DNA of 34,355 nt from Perkinsus chesapeaki ATCC PRA-425 (taxonomy: Eukaryota; Protista; Perkinsozoa), in assembly GCA_013115145.1 (NCBI GenBank), contig JAAPAO010000383.1:1-34355 (forward strand). The letters run 5' to 3'. The position numbers and the translations under genes were made by a program. Each line of letters begins with the position of its first letter. The first letter of the stretch is position 1. Positions 1-11,533 of this stretch are shown here, in pieces. The notes below the pieces were generated by a model. The model was given only the letters and a program-made list of their open reading frames with translations, searched no databases and was not told the DNA's origin.

Positions 1-74
1 CGAAACGGAAATGAAACCGCGCTCGCATGAGCGAAGCGAAGTATCACAGATATACAAACGTCATGCATCTACAC

Positions 75-185
75 CACCTCAGTCAGATTCATCGATGAGA
101 GGTTCAAGTTGCCTGTATTAAATGCGTGCTTCAGACGACCTTCCACGTTCTTGCAGGATCTCTCAGGAACATCTCTACCAAGCAT
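75..185 (-). CDS. Probable first exon of a leucine-rich-repeat protein (LRRC40-like N-terminus); gene continues off the left edge
   Basis: Minus strand reads MLGRDVPERSCKNVEGRLKHAFNTGNLNLSSMNLTEV and ends at a GT donor. GNLNLSSMNLTEV fits the first-LRR consensus (G-x-L-N-L-S-x-x-x-L-x-E-V-P). Start codon uncertain. Confidence 0.55.
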
Positions 186-1972
186 GACAATGTCATAAAA
201 TTTTGCTGAGTAAATGAACTTGTGTCTCTCCACGTGACCGTAAATGAGGAATACCCCAGCATTAGCAACTAAAATGTGCACGAGAAACATCAGTCCCCGG
301 GATCGAACCCGCGACCCGCGGTATATCATGATTTTTCTCGCTCACCCGAAATTGCGCAACATTCCGACGAGGATGGCATAAAACTTTCGCAAGAAGCTCT
401 ATTCATGTTTATGATTTATTATTTGCTATAAGCGTGACTATCCTATAGATTCCGGTGTTCACTTCACACGCCCGCTAAGATTGACTACAGAGGATATGCA
501 TGATATACGCACGCATCAAATCGCAGTACATTTTCGTAAGCCGCGCATGTTTTTATTAATTATTCGCCTCTGAGCAAGCATACTGTGTGATATCTCAATA
601 TGCCGTATCAAGCAACACTCTAATGCAATTGCTGGAGTGAATTTTGTCATCGGAAACTGCCTCGGGATTACTGTCCGAAACACGTTTTACGCTGATTGAG
701 CGGTGGGCGTCCAAAATCCAGTTCGGAGTCCCTTTCTAAAGGCAAAAGCTCACTATACCCCCATGAAAAAAATCAACAATATGCTGCTGTAATTCTACGA
801 CCTTTTCTCAGTAGCCTTATTGAGGCACTTACTAAGGACTCGCGACACAGTCGGGGCAGATGGGAGCTCAGTGCGGAGTTCAGGAAGACGGCCACTTTGT
901 GACGCCACTTTTTGGTGGATTTTAACATCGCTAATGACTGGTTCTACCTTCAATGAAGGTCCTTCATTAACATGTTAACTCGAAGAAATGCATACTTTTA
1001 TAGTTAACCCATGTTGGTATAGAGAAAGTCTAACTGGGAGTGGCACCAATGGAAGTACCGCGCAGTTTTCGCGTCACAAGAAGGCAAGCTTCATCCATTG
1101 TAGGCTCGTAATGACGATCGTTACTATTTGCTTTTAAGAGCTCAAGAATAGCTCCTGGTGAATCGCACATTTGCCATCATTGTGAGTTATCATTTATTGA
1201 AGAATGAGCACCCAATCGTTCTCAATGGAGTTCAAGCACCCAATCGTTCAAACTCCCAATGGAGTTCTCACACTGGGATTGTGTCGGATAGTCGAGTCCC
1301 GGTTTCCAGCTCGGACAGACGAGTCTTTGATGATAACATGGTTCCCACTCATTGTTTCTGTTCATGATCATGCGCATGGTACAGTGTCCGCGGCAGCAGC
1401 CGGCAACTGTGTCACCTGTGTCCTGATACACCCTCCAGGTCTGGGGCAGTCATTGCCTTCACAAATAATCATGTAGACCATTGTGCGGTCACAGTTATGT
1501 ACACACGCCCTTTTTTTATGTGTGTTAGAGGATAGTAACCCACTAGTAGACTCCACACGTTGGTCTGAGAGGTATCTGTCATCTAATTATCCCGGTTCTT
1601 AACCTAAGATATTTCATTGCGTTACACCAGTAACGGGACAACACTATGTAATCATCCCCAGCTTAAGCATTTGCAGGCTTTGTGCTTGACATCTTTGTGC
1701 CCATCAGCCGTTAGCATTCCCATTCACCGATCAGTAATTAAAACATCCCCGAAGTATCTGAGTTGTCGGTAGGAGGACTCGGTTTATAGCTGCGAGACGC
1801 TACAATACCATCTCCCTTTTCACGTGGGTTCGAGAATTGACTCCTATTAGCATATCGTGAAGTGAGCCTTTTTCTGAACCGGACTCGACCTCGAGTTATG
1901 TTACGTTGGCTTTAAGCTAGTTAGTTAGTATACCTTACTCTTCTATAGCAGTTGTGGACCCCGAAGAAGATT

Positions 1973-2804
1973 ATGATGAAGCTAAACCCTTATAGTATCA
2001 TTTCGGCTTTCGCCATACTTTCACGCGCACAGGATGGAGAAGTCCGAGAATATCACAAGGGTGACACGATGGCAGATGGAAGCAAGATGCTAAAGTATGT
2101 ATGCGAGAATTTACAGCTTCCCTGTATCGTGGCACCTAAAGGTAGCCCCAAGGGGGTAAGACACTGTATAGGTGATGATGATGATGATAACCATACCTCT
2201 GATTCTCAGGTGGTCGCAGGTTTTCTAGCCTTCGAGATGCCTTATCAGCTGACAGATGCGGCAGAGCTAGCTGTCAGGAAACTCATGTGAGTAGAACCTC
2301 TTTGGGGATCAAATTATTGTTATGTTGGAGCTGCAGTGGTCATATCGCTACGCTTGCCCTCATTCAGGAAAGACCCTGAACAGGAAGGTGCTTTTGGATT
2401 CATACAGTCTGTGAGCACCCTGGTCGTGGTTACTGCATATCATCTGATGAAGACTTCACTAATAGATTACAACAGAACCGGCGAAACGTTACTGATTCGT
2501 CACTCAAATGGTCGACTGCCTAATTCCGTTGGTTCTATTTATAGGTTGTAGTTGCCCAAGGCCAACGCAGACAAGGTATTGGTGAGAAACTTGTAAGAAG
2601 CATCATTCAGCGTGTCATGATATCCTCAGTCACAATTTCTGGTGTATATTCTGTGTTCAGGGTGAGGCGAGACATTTACTTGCCTTGTGCCTGGATGTAG
2701 AGCCTTGAGAGGAGCCCGCGGTCAGCCTGTATACAAAGCTCGAGTTCAAAAAAGTCCTTGGTGAGGTGGAAGTTGTTGTTGGCGTTTATGTTGAGATTTG
2801 TTGA
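1973..2804 (+). pseudogene. Signal-peptide GNAT-family N-acetyltransferase, copy 1, with in-frame TGA (probable pseudogene)
   Basis: Spliced exons: MMKLNPYSIISAFAILSRAQD (signal peptide-like); VVAGFLAFEMPYQLT; FRKDPEQEGAFGFIQS; motif A VVVAQGQRRQGIGEKL (from 2545); LALCLDVEP*EEPAVSLYTKLEF (from 2661, TGA at 2706-2708). Collinear with copy 2. Confidence 0.7.
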
Positions 2805-2865
2805 CGTTGTCCTTTTCAGAGGGGATGAGTATGATACTTGGGCATATTACTACTTTTTATTACAT

Positions 2866-3410
2866 AAAAAGGGGCCCATGCCTCATATTTTTTGGCGCGT
2901 GAGAAATACGAGTGAAGTAAGGTACCAACTTGAAGCTCTTGGTGAGCTCTTTCTAATGCCTCATGAATCATTGTGATATTCGAATTAGGCTGAGTAATTG
3001 TTGAACAAAAAATCTTTACATAGAGAAATGCGCTGGCAGACTCTGATTTTGGTGTCATCCATTCAAAAATGGCTTAGCAAACCGGCGCGTAACATTACTT
3101 TATCATGTGTCTACGCGAGGACAAACCTGTTTGTGGTGCAAAAACCCTGAGGAAGGAATTCCCCCGTTTTTTCGAGAACATCAGCGATAAACAAGTCAGG
3201 ACCGTACTCCGAGAGTTTGAAGCAGGTACAGGACATTTCGAGTATCTCACATTTCTCTATGTAACGATTTTTTGGTTCAACCATTACTCAGAGCCTAATT
3301 CGAATATCACAATGGTTCATGAGGCATTAGAAAGAGCTCACCAAGAGCTTCAAGTTCGTACCTCCGTAACTTTCACGCGCCAAAAAAATATGAGGCATGG
3401 GCCCTTTTTT
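2866..3410. mobile_element. Foldback/MITE-like element with ~160 bp imperfect inverted arms (about 2866-3030 and 3250-3410) and a ~220 bp spacer
   Basis: The same peptide text (PNSNITM.HEALERAHQELQV) appears in ORF 2816..3058(-) and ORF 3105..3455(+). Left arm gggcccatgcctcatattttttggcgcgtga...tagagaaatg is the reverse complement of right arm catttctcta...tcacgcgccaaaaaaatatgaggcatgggccc. No clear TSD. Confidence 0.75.
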
Positions 3411-4082
3411 TCGCATCACCCTGTATGTAGCAACAAGAAAGTAAGGAAGTATTGAAACTGAAGAATCTATCCACTACATTCTTTGTTCTTCGCTTATCTG
3501 CCTTCTATTCGAACTTGGAATGTCTAAGATATGAAAAAGGCGAGCGTTAGTCGGAACTGTTTCAGTTCCCTATATAATGCGATTACTCTTACGAGTGTTT
3601 TGCGGTTTTTGCTACGGCAGTTGTCAGTTAAGGCTTTCCGAACATGCTAGTTCACCCCGGGGGCGCCAAATCGACGGGACAGTGAGAACCTGTCGCCGAG
3701 TAACTTAGTAGCGACGATCATGTGTAGGTATTCCTGATAGTGCGGAATCGTCTTGTGAGAATTGCATGATTCGCCTGAGTAGAGTCGCGGCGATGCTGCT
3801 GCCTCCGGTCGTGGGGGCATGAAGACATTCCTACCATGTCACCAGTGGTGTCACCACTCTCTCACGTCACCTGTCACAGACATGATATTCCCTCCGGTCC
3901 GGAAGTTTCCGGTGTCGCATCCGTACTTGTGCGGTTCTTCCCACTCCATCTTGTGAATTGGTGTAGCCTCTTTCGCCCTTTCGCCGGAGAATCAGATATT
4001 ACACTATATAGCTCCGATATCGAAAATAACATAAAGCTGCTCGAAGCTTCAGCGAGACAGTTCCGAGTAAGAGAAAGTCGAA

Positions 4083-4945
4083 ATGAAACAAAACGTGTCG
4101 TACTTCATCCTCGCCGTAATTGCCATTGCCTTGCTCTCACAAGATCTAACCTATCGCCAGTATGAAGAAGGCGATACGATGATCGAAGAGAGCGGTATGT
4201 TTGTGGTCAACTGCCAGTGGCACGAATCTTCGTGTATTGTAGCGGTGAACCAAACCGAAGATCCTAAGGTAAGAAAGCTCTCAGATGGTGACCAGTAGAG
4301 TTGGTGGCAACCTTTTAGATGGTCCTCGGCTTCCTGGCATACAAGATACCTTATCAACTAACCAAAGCGAATGAAGACGCGGTGAGGGCTTTGATGTAAG
4401 CTACACCCTTCTGTTTAATGGTGAAAAGGCTTCCAGTTGAGGGTGCAGTCAAAGCTAATAATGTTGGTGCCAATTTCAGGAAAGACCCTAAAGAGAGCGG
4501 AATCTTCGGGTTTATACAATATGTAAGTTGGGGGGTCCATCCAGCGTCACAGCTATTGCCTCGTGTGTATGCGTGGAAACGAGGTATGACTTACACTGCA
4601 GACGTGAAGTATGATGATGGAAATCCTATTACGGTAAGAATATGTTATTTGGAATAACGTCCCAGGTTGAGGTGGCTAGAGGGCATAGAAGGAAGCACAT
4701 CGGCAAACATCTCGTGAAAGTTATTATTAAACGTGTAAGAGTGATAAATTGTCAGTGATGATGATATAGCCTTAAGAGTGATTGCGTTTTGCTCCCTAGT
4801 GTATCACTCGAGTGTTCGTGGTCAGGTCCGAACAACTGAGAACTTCCTGGCTTTATGCCTGCAAGCTGTACCCAATGATACGCCAGCGGTTAAGCTTTAC
4901 ACAAGTCTAGGATTCGTTAAAGTCACCGGTAAGCTGGAAAAGTGA
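4083..4945 (+). CDS. Signal-peptide GNAT-family N-acetyltransferase, copy 2 (apparently intact, multi-exon)
   Basis: MKQNVSYFILAVIAIALLSQD signal peptide; MVLGFLAYKIPYQLT; FRKDPKESGIFGFIQY; motif A VEVARGHRRKHIGKHL (from 4666); motif B LALCLQAVPNDTPAVKLYTSLGFVKV (about 4845-4925). GT-AG introns lie between these exons. Confidence 0.8.
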
Positions 4946-5371
4946 GATGTGGAGTTTGTTTTACTTCGAGTGATGCTGATGATCGTTCCCATCAGGAGAC
5001 GAAGCCTATGCTTTATTTGCCCTTATAATGAGGCAGAAAACCCGCGATAGAGGCCGTCTTCTATAATATATTTTCCGAGTCGGAAATTCCGACCACTTGG
5101 GTTCTCAACCTGCTACTGGATGCGGCTGAGAGTTCTTGGAGGAGTGATGTTTCCTGAACTTTGGGCGAGCCCCTCTCTAGTAGAGAGTCTCTACACTCCC
5201 ATGACTGATCACTCCTCATTTAATCGGTATTCAACAATCGTGTATAGTGTTTTTCAACGCCTTGGAGTATTATGGTTGAGTTTTGATAGTTGAAGTGGTG
5301 GAAAGGTTTCTTACTGAACAATCGAGTTACATAGTGTCAAGCAATTACAACTGTTGGAAAATGATGAACAA

Positions 5372-8126
5372 ATGGAGAGAGAAACTCAAGTGGATTAGAC
5401 CTGAGATGGTACAAGATAGTTTCTAAAGTACCATTAATGCAGCTGTCGCTGACAATTTGTCAGACACCAGAGGGAGATGAGGCTTCCTCTATCCCACCCA
5501 GTTGCGATGTGAACTCTTCTCGCAGTTACAGGAACCGCAGTGGAACGAATTCGGATACCTCCAGTAGCCTCGCGGTAGCCTACATGCCACTATCGAATGT
5601 GTAAGGAGACATGGTTGCAGAGGTCTCCACAGCAGAGAAGTCGGTTCCTGACACTCACCAGAGCTTTCAGGGCAGTTGGTCTGAAGAAGATCGCTGTAAG
5701 AAATGTCAGATTCATAAGAGTGCCCTAGACAGTGTATCTTAGGCGAGAATAGATGTCAAATCTATTGAAGTTACGAAAGATGACTACTCGCCTAGATTCC
5801 CACGCATCCGGCGGCTTGCGAATAGCATTCAGTTCGAAATCGTCATGGGTAGTTCCAGCGTTATGTTCACGCGGTAGTTGTGCGGAGTCCCATCAAAGCA
5901 TGCCAACACTGCTTGACCTATCACACATTGTTCTTCTTCATAGGCATTCTTATAATCCTCAATTGCCTGGCTATCGCCTGGCAGTCTGCCTATTACCCAT
6001 CACAACCGGGACCGTCTATCGACATCTTCTTCTTCGTTGCAGAGCAGGCCTTCACTCTGGTCCTACTCCAAGTTATGGACGGGGTTATCACTATTGCAGG
6101 TTTTCTTCATCGAGTGGACCCTTCGGCTTCTTGCTAATACGTGGATTTGGCTACTATATCCAGTTAACATGATGGACACTCTTATAGTCCTCTCGGGTAA
6201 CCCTGTTACCTTTTGCAGTAGCTCTCCAGCGTCATAGTCTTCCGCAGGTATTGCTGTTTCATGGGTGCTAACTCCTCTTGACCTTGAATCGGACTGGATA
6301 AGGCAACTACAGGTAAGTTAGCAACACCTAATCAATGCAAAGAGACTATCCTCCGGCTACGTGTGTGTTAATCTCGACCTGTGCCTGTTATAATCGCCCT
6401 ACGATGGCTGTATTACGGTTTATCCTCGACTCGACGAACACCGCTTGCCCCCGATCTCTGAAGCATCTAACTCACTCCTACTCTCTCTGGTAGGTCCTCC
6501 GAGCCTTCCGATTGGTAAGGATCGGCAGGGCTGTTCGTCTCGTTCCGGAGTTCCGTGAAATGTGGATGATGGTCAGGGGGCTATTGGAAAGCGGACTCAC
6601 ACTTTTCTGGACGTAGCTAATCACCAATCACTCGAAGTATTCGAATAGAGTAGCTTTCAGATATACAGTGATTGCTGCGGTTTGCTATGTCTTTGGTATG
6701 GCTACTACATATTTCATTGGGAGAAGAGAGGACAATCTGTAAGGGGAAATGAGCTGTGCCACTGAACTTTGCCGTTTCCGGAACTTACCGAAAATAAGTA
6801 CTTTTTACCGTACTTGTACTTTTTACCGAAAATGTCACGAGCAAGAGGATATTCCGCAGAGGATCTCGATTAATCGTGAGTGGTTTATTAACAAGCTTTT
6901 TCTCCTACATCCATCGCTTTTTTACTCCCCTAAAAGCACTATAGTCTATTCCTCGGGACCGAGACTCTCTGCGTCGATCATACTGATGTCGTGATAGAAT
7001 CCCCCAGAATCACATGTATGCTGAGGTTGGGATATTTCAGGAGTGACGATAGTATCCAGTCACTATTTGGAGATGTCCCTTCATCTATGTTCACCCTATT
7101 CCAAGTAACCATCTCTTTCCGCTGCCATGCAGCAGTTGCTGTCTGTGTCGAGATAATGACCCTTGATTCTTGGACTGCTGCTGTCCGACCGCTTATGATC
7201 AACCAAGCTTCCATTGAGTGGCTTTTCCTTTCCTTCATATCAATTTCCTACTTTGTTCTAATGAATCTTATCACTGCTGTGATAGTGGAGAATGCCTTTA
7301 GCATCGCCAAGGAGGACGAGGAGCAGCTGGTCAGTTATTCTACTTCTGCCTTTGTAATTCCATGACCAGGCGATTGAAGCCGAAAGGAAGAAGACGAAAG
7401 AAGTGTCGGAACTTGGCGAGCTTTTCGCCGACTTAGACACCGATGGGAGCGGCGAGGTTCAACCACCCTACGACGCTTTCTCGAATGGCAAAGGTTCTCC
7501 CACGTTCCCTTAGCTGAGCAGAGGAGAATTTGAGGAAGCCCTGCGTAACCCACGGGTCCTTCGGAAGCTGGCTCTATTGGACGTAGATGCCGATGAACTT
7601 GATGAAGTATGGCACATGCTCGACAATGGTGAATCTGCTAGAGACTTCGCTCTGTGCTAAAGGGAAACCGCTCAGGTGACGGCAGTCTCACTCTGAGCGA
7701 GTTCATCACCGGCGTGAGAAAAATGCGTGGCGAGGCCCAAAGCAAAGACGTTCTGCTTTGCTCAAACCAACTGCGACGATTGGAAACTAAAGTCGACCGA
7801 ATAGTACGATCGAAGCCGCTTACAAAGACACGAACTAACTTCGGTGTCCATCTCAGCTAGCTGCAATCGACGGCCTTGGCGACTTTATCCACCAGCTTAC
7901 CGAGGAGGACATACCGGCGGTAGGGTGGAAGCACGAAGAACACTTGACTGTTTTCCCCCACTAGGTCACACAGCGCCTCAGACTACTCTTACGGGTTACA
8001 GCGCGAGCATCCAGGACACTGGAATACTCGGCGGAGTCATTGAGCAAGCTCGAGGCGAGTGTCAGCGGTGCCGGCCCGCCGCCGCGAGAGACAAGACGGA
8101 AAGGTCAAGTAGCTACCTTGAATTAG
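5372..8126 (+). CDS. Single-domain (6-TM) voltage-gated Na+/Ca2+-type cation channel with C-terminal EF-hands; 5' end uncertain
   Basis: S1 FIGILIILNCLAIAW; S2 FFVAEQAFT...EWTLRL; S3 NMMDTLIV; S4 VLRAFRLVRIGRAVRLVPEFR; pore FGDVPSSMFTLFQ/IMTLDSW; S6 FVLMNLITAVIVEN; EF loops DLDTDGSGE/LSREEF and DNG/DGSLTLSEF; stop at 8124-8126. Confidence 0.9.
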
Positions 8127-8503
8127 TCGTCTCGTCTCCACCGAGTGTCTCAAGATGCTTTGTGTTGCGATATGCAAAGATTGGCCAAATGTGTGCTAGT
8201 TTCGAGATGCTAAGCTTTCGCGAAGATTCAAGTCAGCCGTTCTATGAAACTCATATGTCGGGGTCTCGGCACTACACGCACTCACTTTAAGGGGTACTGC
8301 CAGCACCGGGTGCACCGGGTACCAATCACGAGACGTCCCAGGCACGGTGGTCTCGGGATTGGCGGTGAAGTTTCGCTCGCCCTGAGTTTTCTGATCCGTG
8401 CTCAAAAAAGCCCTTCCGTCGTAATCCAGAGTCAAAGTTCCGTTTTGGAGTTGCCATCCCCAACAAGCATCTAATTATCTACCGCAATAGGACGTTCCGA
8501 TTC

Positions 8504-9332
8504 ATGTGCCTTTCGCTGGTCATCACAGTATGGTGGTTCGTGATCATAGTGGCTGACGCTAAGCTGGAGGTAAGTGATTTTTTGTACGGACCTTGGGGCA
8601 GTCTTTTCACTGTGTCAGGTGACTGAGCCGTCACCATCGCCTGGCACTAGTGTTGAATGTGTAGTAAGTGCTGGTGAGAATGGCAAAGCATCATTCCACT
8701 GGAACTATTATCACACTTTTTGGGAGGGGAAGGAGCAATTAACTGAAGAGGAGTCTAGTCGGCAAAAAAGGCAACTTAAGAATGGGGCGGTATATCTTAC
8801 AGACCTAGAGTGCTCAGGAGGCATCGCTGTTCCACAGTAAGAGTTGGAGTTCGTGAACTAGGCTTTACCTTTTCTTTACTTCCGAATTTCAGGACCCCCT
8901 CTGATGTCACCTCATCTAGAAGGAGGAGACGAGCTACTGCCTCAGGCCAAAGGTGAAGAAGGTCTGGGGTGCGCTACCTGGCATCACATCTTCAGAGGGA
9001 TTATCGTCTGAGTGTTCGCCAATCCCTTTCTTACTTTCAGGGAAGATCCAGCCTTACGGTCTGTACGCGAAAAGGTGTACCAGAAAACTCCGAGGGTAGA
9101 GGAAGTGTTGACTACTTATCTGGTTGAAAACACTCGCTTCAAATTCTGTGAAATTGGTGTCAAGACGACAGCCAAGAACGCGGGGAAGAATGCATCGAAC
9201 AAGGACTTCGTCAAATGGATCTGCGGTTTGCTCAACGATAAAATAAGAAAGAGCTCCGCGGAGCCTTCTGAAACATCAGGAGAAAAGAAGAGACACTGTG
9301 GCCCTCTATGCCGCAGGGAGAAGATGGAATGA
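8504..9332 (+). CDS. Secreted hypothetical protein, Cys-motif family member 1
   Basis: Exon 1 MCLSLVITVWWFVIIVADAKLE ends at gtaag. Exon 2 has ECVVSAG...ASFHW...AVYLTDLECSGG. Last exon has FCEIGVKTTAK...NKDFVKWIC. The middle exon is uncertain. Confidence 0.7.
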
Positions 9333-9655
9333 GGGGATCATGCAGCATGCTTCCGTCACAAAACATGCTTCATCGGGCTCCTCGAATATTAGGATGTTGT
9401 TGTTGTCATTCTTGACTTTCTTGTCGTGTTGTTGAACCCAATCACCACCATTGTGTGAAGCAGCGTGGAGATGCTCTACTACTGCTTCAGTCTCGACCGA
9501 AATCATATAACGTCTGCTCCGCCGCCAATCTCCTCGGACCGGCCGCGACCTCCACGTTTGACCTTGCAATCGGTTTGGCCCTGGATTTTTTCGTATTGGG
9601 ATCCAGTGGATGTGAGGTGGATCCGATCCACCTCACATCAGTTCTACTTTGTTAA

Positions 9656-10381
9656 ATGCGTGGTGACTCCGCCTTGTATTTCCTTTTCACCTGGCAACTT
9701 GCAGCCGGGAACCCCAAGTTAGAAGTGAGTCAGGTTAATACTGTTCGCTCCTTACAGCATTATCAGATTGATAACCCGGGCACTTCACATGACGGAAAGT
9801 GCAGAGTTCGCTCCGGCAACACTTATGCGGTATTCCAGTGGAGCGGCGGACAAGATGCTGTTTTACTTAATGAAGGCGGAAGAAAAGTCGAAGAAGAAGG
9901 GCCGATGTTGAAGGAAGCAATTACCCTGACTGAGCTCAGATGTGATGGAAGGTGGGACCGCTCTGAGTATCTTGCTGGGTTACTCTGTTCTCAGTCCTGG
10001 ACATGATTCTATTCAACGCACAATGCCTTTAACAAAATACGGAACTGTCGCTATCGGAGATCCGTACAATGTCGCCATCTTCTCGCACTGCTCCCACCCT
10101 TATAGCTTTTCAGTTATCCGACTGTCGATGAAGCGTCAGGGAGACTAAAAGCAAGCATTCCCACGGTTAATGTTGTGCTAGGAATGTATAACAGTGGTAC
10201 AACGCCATACGAATTATGTGGAACCGCTTTACGACGAACAGCCGAGTCATTGACGAAAAAAGCGAGAATGACAAATGAGGATTTTCTTACCAAACTGTGC
10301 AGCAACAGAAGAATGAAGGAGATCAGGCGCAAAGAGCAGAAAGACGACAGGAAACGTCTACTGGATCATGCAGCTGCCTAA
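9656..10381 (+). CDS. Secreted hypothetical protein, Cys-motif family member 2
   Basis: MRGDSALYFLFTWQLAAGNPKLE ends at gtgag; KCRVRSG...AVFQW...AITLTELRCDG; LCGTALRRTAE...NEDFLTKLC. Middle splicing uncertain. Confidence 0.7.
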
Positions 10382-10779
10382 ACCTACCCTACATGTCTGG
10401 AGATGTTTGCGTGTTCATCCTGGTGTATCCATCTCTAACTTGTGTTTACAATGTACCGAGTACTACTGGACATGCATCACTACCATCCCCGTCTCACAGC
10501 CACTAAGATTATTTTACGTTATTGCTGCGCTTGAGTGGGATGTCCTTTCCAACCGCCTCGTGTTTACCCTGATGTTCGAGCGCTTTGGGTTCCCGCATCC
10601 CTGCTAGGTAATTGTCGCTTCTAGAATGGCAGTGCTGATGGTTGTAATGCCCCCCCGGCAGCACATAGTTACTTCCTTAACATCAGATCGATTGAGTCTT
10701 ATTCACAGTTAGTGTTATCAGAGGACTGGTAGAGAGTCCGGCAGTTGCATTGTGTGATTGTTTCCACTACGTACTTCCC

Positions 10780-11427
10780 ATGACCAATAGCTGGTATCTA
10801 TTCAGAGCCATCTTCGTTATTTTCGGATTGATGAGTGTTCCAGGCGTTTCCCTTGAGGTAAGGAGGCTGTGTATTGTTTCGTCATCTATCATACTATACA
10901 ATTCAGGTCAAATTGGGAGAAGACTCAACTTGCCATGTTGATGCCAAAAAAGGCCGTAAAGCTTCCTTTAGATGGCTGCCGGATGAGGCGCAGCCTAGAC
11001 TTAAAGAATATAATAGTCGTGCAATCGAAGTGACAAGTCTAAGTTGTGGCGAATCCGGGATCAAGAAGTAACTCTTTTCAAGCTCACCTCGGTCAATTCT
11101 ACCACCACCGATGGTATGATTCTTTTTTTCAGTAATGAGGAAGTGTCTGAAGCTCTGAAGGGAATGATACCCACTGTTCAGGCAGTGGCCAGGGCGGCAA
11201 CCAATGACTTATCTGCCCTTCAATCTGGTTCGGGAATGTGTAGCTTGTCTGTGAGGATTATGGCAGCTTCTCTGAACAAGGGAGACATCCTCAACAAAGA
11301 CTTCATCAAGGCCCTTTGCTCGAAAGTTGACCCGGCCGTGCCTCCACCTTCCCCTCCCTCTGGCAGTGACTCCCCAGGTTTTAAGCACTTAAAGCGAAGA
11401 TTGAGCTCGGTATTCGGCAAAAAGTGA
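10780..11427 (+). CDS. Secreted hypothetical protein, Cys-motif family member 3
   Basis: MTNSWYLFRAIFVIFGLMSVPGVSLE ends at gtaag; TCHVDAK...ASFRW...AIEVTSLSCGE; intron 11068-11132; MCSLSVRIMAA...NKDFIKALC. Confidence 0.75.
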
Positions 11428-11533
11428 AGGCTAGATGTTAGGTTCATATATCTTCATGCTCATGTTAAACGTGTGTTGCCAGCGCAATTTATCTTGCGTT
11501 GAGTATTTCAGTGAATCTCCTTAGTTCTACACA

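Noticed and set aside
299-316. Minus-strand GGTCGCGGGTTCGATCCC resembling a tRNA T-arm/B-box
   Set aside because: The T-stem pairs poorly, and no D-arm, anticodon arm or acceptor stem is found upstream, so it is not a tRNA gene.
1207-1266. Two imperfect tandem copies of agcacccaatcgtt...caatggagttc
   Set aside because: Only two short units with no spacers; ordinary slippage, not a CRISPR array.
330-1950. Several 60-110 aa ORFs
   Set aside because: No recognisable motif or consistent splice model; treated as intergenic or unresolved.
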